DNA of 64,000 bases. Origin: Candidatus Woesearchaeota archaeon (lineage in GTDB: Archaea > Nanobdellota > Nanobdellia > Woesearchaeales > WAPJ01). This document shows, in pieces, positions 18,807-28,867 of this stretch. Position numbers and translations under genes: made by a program. Within the stretch, counting starts at the first letter, position 1; every line of letters begins with the position of its first letter. The notes under the pieces were generated by a model. The model did not search any database. It was not told the DNA's origin and saw only the letters and a program-made list of their open reading frames with translations. The stretch covers positions 10,597 to 74,596 of the forward strand of contig JBLKOL010000002.1 of the NCBI GenBank assembly GCA_047602765.1, written 5' to 3'.

Positions 18807-21260
18807 CTAGTACCTCCTCCTGCGGATCACCCATACGGTGAGCAGCGTCCATGCGGCGAGTATGATCATGAGGATGGAGAAGCTGAGCGGGCGGTCGAGG
18901 AATCCTCGTTCTTGGATGAGGAGGGTTACGGGTACGAATCCTACGAGTCGTCCTTCTCCGTCTTCGAATCGCAAGTGGTAGTCGCATACGTCTGATCCTG
19001 CCGATCGGAACGTGTAGGTGAGTGCTGATCGTTCTCCGACTTCGAGCGAGCCCGATCCAGTGATGTCGCTGAGGCACGGTGTCGGGTCGAATCTGATGGT
19101 GATGTCGTCGAGCGGGTTGTCTCCGATGTTCTCGATGAGGAAGCTTACGTCCTGTCGGGCGTTGGGAGGCATGCGTATGACCGGTGGATACTCGATGACT
19201 CTGAGTCGGTAGAGGTCTCCTCGGGGGAGTACGATGACGCGTAGTACGTCTCTGAGGACGCGGTTGCGGCTCAGCCCGTCTGCGGAGTCGACGTATACGT
19301 CTACGGGTATGAAGTATTCTCGTGGTGTCGCTCGAACGTCGGGTGAGAGCAGGTACGAGTCTGACACGCGCTCTCCCGGAGGGAGCTGGAGGAGTCGGAA
19401 TATCTCAGCTTCCCATTCTCGTGGTACTTGGGTTTCGATCGAGATGTTGCGTGCGCTCGTTCCTCCGACGTTCGTAAGGTTGAAGTCTACGCTTCCGATC
19501 TCTCCTTGTCGGAGCGTGATGTTCTCTGGGAGTTCGAGTTCGAGTTCTACGATCTCGGGGAATACGTCTACTTCCGGTATCTCTACGGGTGCGCTCGGCG
19601 TTCCTCCCGCTCCTGTGCCGCTTCCTGCCTGTGGTTGGGGCTGTGGTTGAGGTTCTGGTTCGGGTTCTGGTTGTGCGAACGTCGATTCGAAGGCGTACGG
19701 TGCGAATACGGAGAAGTCTGTGATGTTGGTGGGTGAGAATACGATGCTCATCTGTGGTGCTACGAGTGTGAAGAGCTGTTCCCACTCTCCATCGGTCCAC
19801 GAGCTGTGGTTCGACTGGTTCGACTGGTTCGTCGCGTTGCCGTTCGTCACGTTACCTATCGTTTGGTTGACCGGTCCGATGTAGGTTCCGTTGAATTTGA
19901 AGATGCTCACGTTGTCGATGACCGCGTCGTTGGGAAGCGGTTCGCTGTACTTGAAACCGATCTGTACCCACGAGTTAGGTCCGTTCCTGATGAATTCGAC
20001 CCAGTGGCCTATGTCTGTGATGTTCGTGATGTTAGGTGGTGGTGGCGGGTCGGGTACGGGTCGTACGAGTGCGTCTGCGAAGGAGGCGTTGAGTACGGAC
20101 GTTGAGAAGTTCGTTTCGAAGAGCCTGACCCTCGAGTTGCCGGATGCGTTGATGTCGTTGTCTTCGTTGGAGAGGATCATGGCTTCTGCGATGAGTACGT
20201 CGGATTGGTTTCTGATGAGCACGCCGGTATTGTGGAATACGGCTGACTCTCCGAATATGGCGACCGAGCTGTTCGTCACGCAGAGTCCGTAGCGGAACTG
20301 TGCGGTCTTCAGGTTCTCAAAGGTGATACCTTGGCTGTTGCGCACGTCGACCGGGCATCGTCCAGGGGCTTTGCTCCCTGCCGGATCGTTGTCTCCGTGG
20401 ATCTGCTCTCCGACGAAGTTGAGTACGATGTTCGATGCGTTCTCTACGATGACGCACGTTTCGTTGACGTTGTTGATCGACTTGTTGAGGATGTAGTATC
20501 CTGATTCGTTGAGCGGTTCGCATGGCTCGTATACGAGTACTTCGAGGCTCAGGATGCCGTTGACGTAGATGCGTTCTCCTCCTTGGAAGCTTCCGTCGAA
20601 GAGTATGAAGTCGTCTTGGTTCATGATCGAGCGTTCGATGACCGAGTCGTTGGCTGCTACGATGGAGGTGACCATCTGGCGTTCGTTTCGCGTGATCGGC
20701 ATGCCGGTCTCGTCGAATACGGTGTCGATCGTGATGAAGTACTGTTTGGGAGGTCCTCGTACTTCGATGCCGATCCGGAACGAGCCGTTGAGCAGCGTAT
20801 CGAGGGGTTCGAAGTCTGAGATGACCGTCTCGTTCGTCGCGTTCTTTCTGATGATGAACGGTGTCGGATAGCCGGGGTAGAGGCTGTTGAGGCTTGAGAG
20901 GTCGACGTCTACCGACGAGCAATACTCGGTGCCTACGAGCGTCACTTCGTGTACGCGGGGTTTGAAGTTGAGCAGGCTCCATTCGAGTTCTTTGTCTTCT
21001 GATACGAATCGCAAATCGATGCGATCATCGACTTGGAGGTCCGGATGGCATATGTCGAGTACGACGTCCGGGTTCGTCGGGCTCTGGTCGATGTAGGCGT
21101 CAGCTCCGAAGGTCGCAGGGTACGATGCGTTGTAGACCGATCCTGAACGGTCGTATCTGAGTTCCAATACGGGTGTGCCGTCCTGGGTGACGAGGCTCGC
21201 GTTCGCTGCGAGCGCGGTGGGTACGAGGAGCAGTACGAGCACGAGCCATTTCATGGTCAT
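18807..21260 (-). CDS. Secreted, C-terminally anchored surface glycoprotein (short beta-helix, PGF-pre-PGF-like and CARDB/NEW3-like Ig domains)
   Basis: Signal peptide; CEPLNESGYYILN...CVIVENASNIVLN; NITDFSVFAP; PEPEPQPQ linker; LTNVGG and IENIGD Ig motifs; TM followed by RRRR; many N-x-S/T sequons. Confidence 0.85.
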   Translation of the reverse strand: MTMKWLVLVLLLVPTALAANASLVTQDGTPVLELRYDRSGSVYNASYPATFGADAYIDQSPTNPDVVLDICHPDLQVDDRIDLRFVSEDKELEWSLLNFKPRVHEVTLVGTEYCSSVDVDLSSLNSLYPGYPTPFIIRKNATNETVISDFEPLDTLLNGSFRIGIEVRGPPKQYFITIDTVFDETGMPITRNERQMVTSIVAANDSVIERSIMNQDDFILFDGSFQGGERIYVNGILSLEVLVYEPCEPLNESGYYILNKSINNVNETCVIVENASNIVLNFVGEQIHGDNDPAGSKAPGRCPVDVRNSQGITFENLKTAQFRYGLCVTNSSVAIFGESAVFHNTGVLIRNQSDVLIAEAMILSNEDNDINASGNSRVRLFETNFSTSVLNASFADALVRPVPDPPPPPNITNITDIGHWVEFIRNGPNSWVQIGFKYSEPLPNDAVIDNVSIFKFNGTYIGPVNQTIGNVTNGNATNQSNQSNHSSWTDGEWEQLFTLVAPQMSIVFSPTNITDFSVFAPYAFESTFAQPEPEPEPQPQPQPQAGSGTGAGGTPSAPVEIPEVDVFPEIVELELELPENITLRQGEIGSVDFNLTNVGGTSARNISIETQVPREWEAEIFRLLQLPPGERVSDSYLLSPDVRATPREYFIPVDVYVDSADGLSRNRVLRDVLRVIVLPRGDLYRLRVIEYPPVIRMPPNARQDVSFLIENIGDNPLDDITIRFDPTPCLSDITGSGSLEVGERSALTYTFRSAGSDVCDYHLRFEDGEGRLVGFVPVTLLIQERGFLDRPLSFSILMIILAAWTLLTVWVIRRRRY

Positions 21261-21589
21261 GACCCGATTACGGTTTCGAGGAACGCGGTGTAGCTGTGGT
21301 AGACGAAGTCGAGGACTTGGCTGATGATTTCGCGGCGGTGGATCGTCTTCGCGGGGTACGGTCCTTGGAAGGCCGGGTCGGCGATGTAGAAGGGATACTG
21401 TTGGGTGAGTACTCCGTCCACGACGAACGTGAATTCTTCTCCGTCCTCTTGGCGTCCGATCATGGAGAGTTCGTATCCGCCGATGTAGTTCTCAAGATCG
21501 GTGTAGTTGTATTGTGGGAGGTAGAGTTTGTTGTAGGTCGGCATGAAGTAGAGCGACATCGCTCCTGAATAGTCGGTTCTGAACGTGAT
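21257..21589 (-). pseudogene. C-terminal fragment of a gene whose 5' part appears deleted
   Basis: The coding-like frame ITFRTDYSGAMSLYFMPTYNKLY...TVIGS* begins exactly where the upstream gene loses similarity to its paralog. Its stop overlaps the next ATG (ATGA). Confidence 0.55.
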
Positions 21590-22607
21590 CGATGTTTGTG
21601 AACGCGAGGGTGTCGATGTTTCCGCGGTTCCGGTACGTTACGAGGAGCACGTTCGCATCCGTGTAGCGCACTACGGATTCTATGACGAGATCAGCGCTCG
21701 GGTAGTCTACGAAGAACGTTTCAAGGTCGAGGATCTGTCCGGTCATGCCCGGAAGGTTCGTGATGGTCCGTCCGTATTTGAGCATGAGCGCGATGTCGCG
21801 TCCTGCTCCTGAGCGGATCTGTTGTCCGAGGTTCGCAGCGTCAGCGCTCACGATCTCGAACCGGTTCACGTTGATGTCTCGTACCGTTGCGATCGTATCG
21901 GCGAGCATACCTGAGTAGACGACGACGGGTTGTCGTTTGAGGAGCGATTCGTAGTCGACGCGGTCGACCCTCATGATCACTCCCCACTCAGCGTTGAAGC
22001 GTTCGGATACCATCCGTGTGATATCATCGGCGTTCGTGGGGCTCAGTTGTTCGTAGCGTTCTTCGGCGTCGATGCCTTCTACGAGCCGGACGGGAAAGCG
22101 TCCTGCGATGATGATGCGCTCTGCGCTGCGCGCTGCGCGTTCGACGTCATCTCGGCTCTCTTCGTCGAGGAAGAAGGGGCGCATCGGCGCGTGTCCTGCG
22201 AGCGGGAGGATCGAGATGGCTTCTGCTCCGAACTTCGGGTCGAGGAGGACGAGCGCTTCGTACCGGTCGGTGAAGTGGTCTCGTTGGAAGTCGCGGAACG
22301 TTCCTGATTCGTGCACCGTGAAGTCTGTGAAGCCGTTCGTGCGCAGTACGGATGCGTAGTTTCGCACGATGGGTCGTGAGGATTCGAATACGACGATCGT
22401 CGAGTTGGGTCTGATCGTCTGTGTCTTGATCTGAGCATCTCCAAGGTTGGTGAACGAGACGATGTTCGCCTCGTGTTGTATCGCGTATACGGTTCCGAGC
22501 GTGACGTCACGCCAGTCTCGGCTGTTCACGACGACGACATCGGTCGCTACTGCTGCGTATGCGCTCACGAGCAGGAGCATGACGATGAGTACGACGCGCA
22601 TAGGCAT
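21492..22607 (-). pseudogene. Secreted protein paralogous to 22641-24344, truncated at ~21590
   Basis: VVVNSRDWRDV matches IAVSDSREWTDV and YRNRGNI matches FENIGNI in the paralog. After FTNID the sequence diverges, and there is no C-terminal TM anchor. Confidence 0.65.
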
Positions 22608-22640
22608 CGCTGGCGATTCGTGCTTATTAAACTATGCGGG

Positions 22641-24344
22641 TCAGCGTCTCGTTTTGACGTAGAAGAACATGCCGAGTGCTGCGATGACTAGGAGCGCGAT
22701 GAGTCCTGCGACGGCGGCTCCTGCTCCTCCGGTGACGAGTCCTGCGAGGAGTCCTCCGCTCTTCGTCTGGAAGGGTACATCCTCGGTGATTCTCAGGAGC
22801 AGTGCGTCTTGGCTCGCTCCGTAAAGGATGTCGATCGAGAGCACGTCGTTCTCTTGCATGTCGATCTCGTCGAGGCGTACGGGCAGGTACGTCGTCTTCT
22901 CTTCGCCAGCGCGGATGCGGTCTTGTGAGAAGAGGTCGGTGGGCAGTCCGTTGACGAGGATCTGTTGTACACGTACGTTGTAGTGTGCTTGTTCGCTCCC
23001 GGTGTTCTTGATGGTAACGCCTACGCGTCCGAGTCTCGGGTAGTATGCTGCTTCGACGAGTTCGAGCGATACGTCTCCTGCATCTACGGTCTCGACGGTG
23101 AGCGGGATGGTGAACGGCGGCCCGAACCGGTTTTCCATGGTGAGGAAGGTGTCGAGTTCGCTCGGAGTGAGTCCGAAGGACGTGAAGAATTCCGCTACGG
23201 TCGAGTCATCGATACGATCGATCGGTATCGAGACGGGGTAGCGCTTTGCGAACACCTCTCCGGTTCCCAGGTAGTTGATCTCATCATCGGATACGGCTGC
23301 GACTTCTTCATCTCCGGTTTTGACCGAGATGGTCGTCGTCTCGTATAACCCGATGTTTCCGATGTTCTCGAAGAATGCGATGAGTTCTTCGGTCGAGGGG
23401 TCGTATACGGCTCTCTGGATGGTGAGTCCGAGGAGCGGTTGGGGCAGTGGGAACATGGTGAGCGCATAGATGCGTCCGCTCGCCTGCGTATCTGACTGTC
23501 CGAATTTGATGAACACACCGATGCGGCGTTCTGATCGTTCTCGGATCTGTTCCCCTACGACGGCGAGCCGGTTCCCTATGACGACGACGCTCCTCACATC
23601 ACGCGAGAGGATCCATTCGTACGTCTGTTCGGATACGCGATTGTATCCTACGATGATCACCGGTGATTTCGCGGTGAAGAATTCTGATTCGATGCTGAAT
23701 CCGTCTGCGAGTATGATGTTGCTGTGCGAGTCGTATCTGTCGGCGAGGATCTGTGATTCTGCGAATACCGAGTCTTCGCGGATCCACTCATCGAAGGTGC
23801 CTTCGATGCGGCTGAGCAGGTCTCGTCTGAAGCTTCCGACGGCTACGACGCTCTGTGCGCCTTCGAGCCGTTGTGCGATCTCGTCGATGTTGCGATCGTT
23901 CGCGATGAGTACCCATCTATCTTCGGCGACGGCTATGGGTGCTACGGCTACGCCGATGCGATAGTAGTCTTCGCTGATGACGAAGTAGCGTCCGTTCTGC
24001 GGGTCGAGGTCGAGGTTGAACGATGCGCTGCGCGTATCATCCGCTACGGTGTATCCTGCGCTGCGCAGCTTCTGAGCGGTGTTTCTCACGAAGGGGCGTT
24101 CGCTCGATTCGTAGACTTCGATGGTGGCTCGCTCACTCACCGTGCGCAGAAGGCCCGTGAGCGTTTCTGAGTTGAGGAATACGGCTCTTCCGTCGTTCAT
24201 CGTGCTGTGGAGCAGGACGCTGTAGACGTCCGTCCACTCGCGCGAGTCTGAGACGGCGATGGTATCGGCGGTTACAGCGGGGAGGATGAGAAGTCCAGCG
24301 AGGAGCATGACGGCTAACAACCCTCCTCGTCCGTTTTTAACCAT
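22641..24344 (-). CDS. Secreted, C-terminally anchored surface protein (alpha/beta repeats loosely CWB2-like, then Ig-like domains)
   Basis: ATG 24344 with signal peptide; TTATAAA upstream; C-terminal LAGLVTG plus TM plus KTRR. Confidence 0.85.
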   Translation of the reverse strand: MVKNGRGGLLAVMLLAGLLILPAVTADTIAVSDSREWTDVYSVLLHSTMNDGRAVFLNSETLTGLLRTVSERATIEVYESSERPFVRNTAQKLRSAGYTVADDTRSASFNLDLDPQNGRYFVISEDYYRIGVAVAPIAVAEDRWVLIANDRNIDEIAQRLEGAQSVVAVGSFRRDLLSRIEGTFDEWIREDSVFAESQILADRYDSHSNIILADGFSIESEFFTAKSPVIIVGYNRVSEQTYEWILSRDVRSVVVIGNRLAVVGEQIRERSERRIGVFIKFGQSDTQASGRIYALTMFPLPQPLLGLTIQRAVYDPSTEELIAFFENIGNIGLYETTTISVKTGDEEVAAVSDDEINYLGTGEVFAKRYPVSIPIDRIDDSTVAEFFTSFGLTPSELDTFLTMENRFGPPFTIPLTVETVDAGDVSLELVEAAYYPRLGRVGVTIKNTGSEQAHYNVRVQQILVNGLPTDLFSQDRIRAGEEKTTYLPVRLDEIDMQENDVLSIDILYGASQDALLLRITEDVPFQTKSGGLLAGLVTGGAGAAVAGLIALLVIAALGMFFYVKTRR

Positions 24345-24825
24345 TCGCACGTGCCCCTTGGGTGTTCTCGCCCTTCGACCTTTATAATCGTTTCGTCGCC
24401 CAGCGAGAGCAACACTCACGAGTAGTGACGATTAGGACCTTATATATGTTTGGGGGACGCTGATCGGTCGAACCACGAGGTGTGCGCCCCTCGAAACGAT
24501 CCGAAACCAAGCCGAGCCCTATCAGTGCTCACAGACCACGCAGATTTCAAGACCTTGCTTCGAGAAGCCGACACACTGCGCCCGTATCTCTACAGGTTAG
24601 CCTCTCACGCGACAGCTGCAGGTACGAAACCGCCTCTTCAGCGTATCTAACACTAAGATACGCAGGGACGCGTTCAGAATACGAGTGGAAGGCCTGCAAT
24701 ACGTTCAGCCATGTGAATACGTATCCGGCAAGGATCATGAAGTACCGTTTCACGAACTGCGAGCAGAAGAACCGTCGGATCGGAGAAGGATGAGAAAGGG
24801 TTGAAGAAAAAGGTTTCACACAGCA

Positions 24826-25095
24826 CTACGGCAGTTCGAGGTAGAAACTGTACGTTTCGATTCCGCTGTCAGCTGGTGCGAGGAGCTGGTAGTCGATCGT
24901 GCTTCCATCGAATCCGACTCCGTCGCCTACGGCAACCGCTGCATAGACGTTCCGACCGTCTGCTGTCAGTGCGAACGTGTTCCATACGGTCGTGTCGTTG
25001 CTGAACGTCGTCACGAATGGAGCGTCCGCGATACTTAAGGTGGCGGACGTGAACGTATCCGTGTCATGCACCTCTTTGTTCGTCAACCCAACCAT
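24826..25095 (-). pseudogene. C-terminal part of a secreted beta-rich surface subunit; signal peptide and N-terminal region missing
   Basis: Ends in GFDGSTIDYQLLAP...TYSFYLEL, a C-terminal motif I recall from longer DPANN secreted proteins. There is no hydrophobic N-terminus, and a pyrimidine-rich terminator-like tract follows. Confidence 0.55.
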
Positions 25096-25109
25096 ACGGG
25101 TCGGGCAAA

Positions 25110-25195
25110 CACTGTTTTATGCAGTTTAATACACTTTTTTGTATATCAGTAATGCTTCTATTTATAACAGTTTGTTTTTATCACACTATATTTCC
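25110..25195 (-). promoter_or_regulatory. AT-rich strong promoter (A-rich BRE plus TTATAAAT at 25160-25167)
   Basis: One of the most AT-rich stretches of the window, directly upstream of the 24826-25095 frame. Confidence 0.65.
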
Positions 25196-25350
25196 AGAGA
25201 ATCAGCCCGTCGACAGGTCGAGTACAGCGGATCAACACACCAGGATACACACACTTCTACACCCACTCACCGTCGAGAACCACAACTCAGAGGCACAGAT
25301 TACGTCACCTACCGATACACACGAGAATACTCACGACGAGACGAACACCA

Positions 25351-25809
25351 TCAACAACCAGAACACTCGGCGACGCTGACGAGACATGCGTTAAGGTTGG
25401 CTCGCATGCGCTCAGTGATGAGCTCGAGCGCTTGGACGCGGGATACGACATCGTCGCGTTCCCGTCGGATCTCGAGCCACGCATCTCGTTCGGTCGTCGC
25501 GCGCTCTTCTGCTTCGCTCCGCTGGACCCGTAGTTCTTCGATCTCGTCGCGGACCATGGCATAGGCTTCCTCAAAATCTCGAGCTCCAGCGGTTGTGATG
25601 AGTTCTTCGATGACACGTTGTTCTTGGAAGGAGCGTTGACGCATCTCGGCTTCGAGCAGGGCCGTGCGAGCCGAGAGGCGTTCTTGTCGTTCGAGACGCT
25701 CGTCGAGTACGATGCCCCGTAGTACGAATATGAGCATGCCGGTGACGAGCGTATAGATGAGGAGGAATACGAGTATGTACGTCACGAGGTGCGGATCACT
25801 GCGTTTCAT
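25351..25809 (-). CDS. Membrane-anchored coiled-coil protein
   Basis: N-terminal TM, E/R-rich heptads and a Cys-containing C-terminus; ATGA overlap with the upstream wHTH gene. Confidence 0.8.
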   Translation of the reverse strand: MKRSDPHLVTYILVFLLIYTLVTGMLIFVLRGIVLDERLERQERLSARTALLEAEMRQRSFQEQRVIEELITTAGARDFEEAYAMVRDEIEELRVQRSEAEERATTERDAWLEIRRERDDVVSRVQALELITERMRANLNACLVSVAECSGC

Positions 25810-26096
25810 GGCAGGAGCCGGTACGCCGCGGTGAGGTGTTCGGCGATGCGTTCACCTTTCGCTGTGAGGGAGAGCAGCTTGAGCCGTCCTTTCTTCTTGA
25901 ACGATACGAGTCCGTGCTCTTCGAACTCTTTGAGGATCTTGACGACGTGCGAGTATGTGCAGTCGACTTTTTTGGCGAGGTTCGACGCGTAGAGCACCTG
26001 TACGTTGCTATCGTGCTGATCTTGGAGGAGGTGTATGAGCATGAGTGCCGGTTTCTCCCTGAAGATCGTGTCGAAGAGTTGTGGTGCTGTCGTCAT
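25806..26096 (-). CDS. MarR-like winged-HTH DNA-binding protein
   Basis: REKPALML...YASNLAKKVDCTYSHVVKIL...GLVSFKKKGRLKLLSLTAKG. Confidence 0.88.
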   Translation of the reverse strand: MTTAPQLFDTIFREKPALMLIHLLQDQHDSNVQVLYASNLAKKVDCTYSHVVKILKEFEEHGLVSFKKKGRLKLLSLTAKGERIAEHLTAAYRLLP

Positions 26097-26166
26097 GCGG
26101 ATACCTTCTGCGATATAGAGGTTTGAGGAACCATTTAAGTGTGTTCCTCCGGTTCGAAGCCGGATT

Positions 26167-26916
26167 TCACCCCCAGTTCGGCTCTGCGCGCTCCCTTGAT
26201 TTAAAGCTTTGGGATACGTGTTCGATGATCGCATCCGCACCCATCGCGTATCCGAACCGTGCGAGATCCGAGGAGAGGTTGTGTGCGTCGCGTTCGAGGA
26301 GTTCGCGTGCGTTGGGAGCGTCGAGCGGAACCGCTTGGCTGAAGTCTATGAAGACCGGCTCGCCGCGGTCGACGAGGATGTTGAAGCGCGAAAGATCACC
26401 ATGGCTGAGCCGCGCGTCGCACCACAATCGTGTGAGCATCGCGATGATCGCATCACCCATACGCTGCGCGTCCTCGACCTCGACGTCTTTGAGCTGCGGT
26501 GCAGGTCTCGATCCTCCGATGGATTCCATGACGAGGATGTTCGCCCGATTAGCATAGACCGCCGGAACCGCGATGCCGGCGGTGCGTGCCTTGAGCAGGT
26601 TGGCGTATTCGCGGCGGCACCATGCGAAGATCGTCTCGCGACGGTTCTTGGTGAGCGAACCGTACCGTGGGTCGACGATGAGGTATTCGTGCATGCGGTT
26701 GAAGTCGCACGTCTCAAGGCGGTAGATCTTGATGATCACCCATCCCTTCTCGCTCTTGGCTCGGAAGATGTTCGCTTCCTTGCCGATCATAACCGGACTG
26801 AGCGTTTCCTCGTCGAAGAGCCCTCGGCTCGCGAGCATGAACAGGTTGCGTTCGGTGAACGCATCGAAGACGTCGTTGCGCGTCTTGTGCTTCTCGCGGC
26901 TCGGCCGGCGACCCAT
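26167..26916 (-). CDS. rio1: RIO1-family serine/threonine kinase
   Basis: IGKEANIF, IIKIY, WCRREYANL, HGDLSRFNIL, IDFSQAV. Confidence 0.92.
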   Translation of the reverse strand: MGRRPSREKHKTRNDVFDAFTERNLFMLASRGLFDEETLSPVMIGKEANIFRAKSEKGWVIIKIYRLETCDFNRMHEYLIVDPRYGSLTKNRRETIFAWCRREYANLLKARTAGIAVPAVYANRANILVMESIGGSRPAPQLKDVEVEDAQRMGDAIIAMLTRLWCDARLSHGDLSRFNILVDRGEPVFIDFSQAVPLDAPNARELLERDAHNLSSDLARFGYAMGADAIIEHVSQSFKSRERAEPNWG

Positions 26917-26953
26917 ACCATTGAGCACGACTCCCCCTATATATAGGAGCGCG

Positions 26954-27604
26954 TCACGTTCTGCGGGCTCGTTCGTACACCGCTCTGATGTCGAGTTCAG
27001 GTGTGGTGAACGCTTCTTCGTCGAGTCCGAGTTCGTGACTGATGATCGCGCGTATGCGGTGCGCGTGTCTGCTCGTCGCGTCCGTTTCGTGATCTTGCGC
27101 CCACGTCGCTGCAGCCACGGCGAGGCCTGCTACGTGTTCGGCGTTGAGACGTGACGTGTTGATCGTCACATCGAATCCGGTATGATCGTCGATGTCGATC
27201 CCGTAGAGTTCGAGGTATCGTTGTCTGTTCTCGCGGTCGCGTACGATCGTCTTGGCGAGCACATCACCTGCTGATCCCCCTTCACGTGCGAAGATGCGTT
27301 CTGCACGTGCTTCGACAGGTGCGTCGAGCCAGATGCGCAGGTCGGCGTCGAAGATCCACCCTGCAAGGCGCGTTCCGATCACAACGTTCTCGCGTGAGCC
27401 TGCTCTGATGAGCATCAGATCAGTGAGATAATCGTAGAGCGGGTCGTTGAGGCTCTCCTCTTGGATGTCTTCGAACGATAACCCGAGGTCTTCGGCGAGG
27501 TTTCGGAACGTGTAGTTGACGACGTCAAGGTCGAGTTCGCTTCCGACGGCGCGCGTAACCGTCGTGTTTCCGCATCCGCTGTGTCCTGAGATGGCGATTC
27601 GCAT
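26954..27604 (-). CDS. cmk: Cytidylate kinase-like protein
   Basis: IAISGHSGCGNTT, GTRLAGW, ADLRIWLDAP..ARAERI..REG, RYLELYGIDIDD. Confidence 0.8.
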   Translation of the reverse strand: MRIAISGHSGCGNTTVTRAVGSELDLDVVNYTFRNLAEDLGLSFEDIQEESLNDPLYDYLTDLMLIRAGSRENVVIGTRLAGWIFDADLRIWLDAPVEARAERIFAREGGSAGDVLAKTIVRDRENRQRYLELYGIDIDDHTGFDVTINTSRLNAEHVAGLAVAAATWAQDHETDATSRHAHRIRAIISHELGLDEEAFTTPELDIRAVYERARRT

Positions 27605-27664
27605 ACGAACGGTCGAGCCCTCGTCCTCTTAACGGTTGCGAGTCCGGTGCGTGAATATCTCTTC

Positions 27665-28801
27665 TCAGAGCCGCTTCGCGATCCTGAGCCAGTTCCGGTA
27701 GGGGTGCGCGTAGAACCGGTCGGCGCTCTCGATGTATGTGCGGCTCAACGAACGTTCGTTGATCGCGCCCCATGCATCGGCGATCCGCTCGTGGTGTGCT
27801 GGGCGTGCGATGCTGCGCCTATCGTGCGATCGGAAGTATGCTGTGTTCGCGGTGAGCCAGAGCGATATTATTCGTGTTTGTATGAAGTGTTCGGGTTTCG
27901 AACCGATGATCGAGGGTATGAGCAGTTTGGGTATGACAAGATCCCAGTCGTCGAGCGCTCCGGTGACGAAGGCGAGGTTCCACGCAACATACAGGCGCAT
28001 CCACTCGTTTCCGACAGGAACATTCAGTATGCGTGTTTCGGGTGATGTTCGGATGGATGGGCTGCATGCGTGGCGCGGGATGATCCTGCCGTCTTCGAAG
28101 GACACCGATGGCTGGTTCTCTTCGATCATCCGGCTCAATGCATGCGCGCACCGTGCGTTCGAGCGTCTGCCGGCTCGGTGGTCGGTGATGCCTGCTTCGT
28201 AGATGTTGAGCGTGATGAGGTCGAGGAGTTCTCGTTCGGGTGACTCGATGAGTCGTCGTTCGAGCTTCGTAAGCCCATGCAAGTCTCCTGTTCGGTGTAC
28301 TCTCAGATACGTCATCGCAGGATCGACGGAGAACGCTTTGATCGTTTTGAAGAGCGAGTGTGTGATGCCGAGTGCGTGGAGGAATGATCGCGCGAAGCGA
28401 CGCGTGTCGATGCCTCGTTCGCGCTCCTTGCGTTTGAGGTGGTCGTGTACCTCTGCGAAGAACGAAGCGTCGTTGTTCATCCCGGATACGAGCGCTTCGA
28501 GGATGTACGTTGTGTGGAGCGCTCTGGTCACATGTGGTGATGGACTGAGCCATTCGAGGGCGTGTTCGAGGAACTCTATGATGGCCGGATGGTTCGAGAG
28601 GTTCGCCCCGATGCATCGGACGAGTGGCATAAGACTCTGTGGTGTGGACCGTGCTCGTCGGAGGAGTCGGCGTATCACCTCGTTCTCTGTTTGGAGGTCG
28701 TGGAGCTGGTAGGTCTCAAGAACGGTTTCTATGATCACCGGATCGCTCGTCTGATCTTCGAGTCCGAGTGCCTTGATCGCTCGCTCGACGGTCGTGTGCA
28801 T
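27665..28801 (-). CDS. Hypothetical protein
   Basis: Long coding-like ORF, probable start MHTTVERA; no family recognised. Confidence 0.75.
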   Translation of the reverse strand: MHTTVERAIKALGLEDQTSDPVIIETVLETYQLHDLQTENEVIRRLLRRARSTPQSLMPLVRCIGANLSNHPAIIEFLEHALEWLSPSPHVTRALHTTYILEALVSGMNNDASFFAEVHDHLKRKERERGIDTRRFARSFLHALGITHSLFKTIKAFSVDPAMTYLRVHRTGDLHGLTKLERRLIESPERELLDLITLNIYEAGITDHRAGRRSNARCAHALSRMIEENQPSVSFEDGRIIPRHACSPSIRTSPETRILNVPVGNEWMRLYVAWNLAFVTGALDDWDLVIPKLLIPSIIGSKPEHFIQTRIISLWLTANTAYFRSHDRRSIARPAHHERIADAWGAINERSLSRTYIESADRFYAHPYRNWLRIAKRL

Positions 28802-28867
28802 ACAGTCCACCGTGTTCTGAGGTTTATCTGTATGCTGCAATCCTTCTTCACACAAAAAACGGGATTC

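Noticed and set aside
24450..24819. Short ORFs between the surface genes
   Set aside because: No clear start signals or recognisable motifs.
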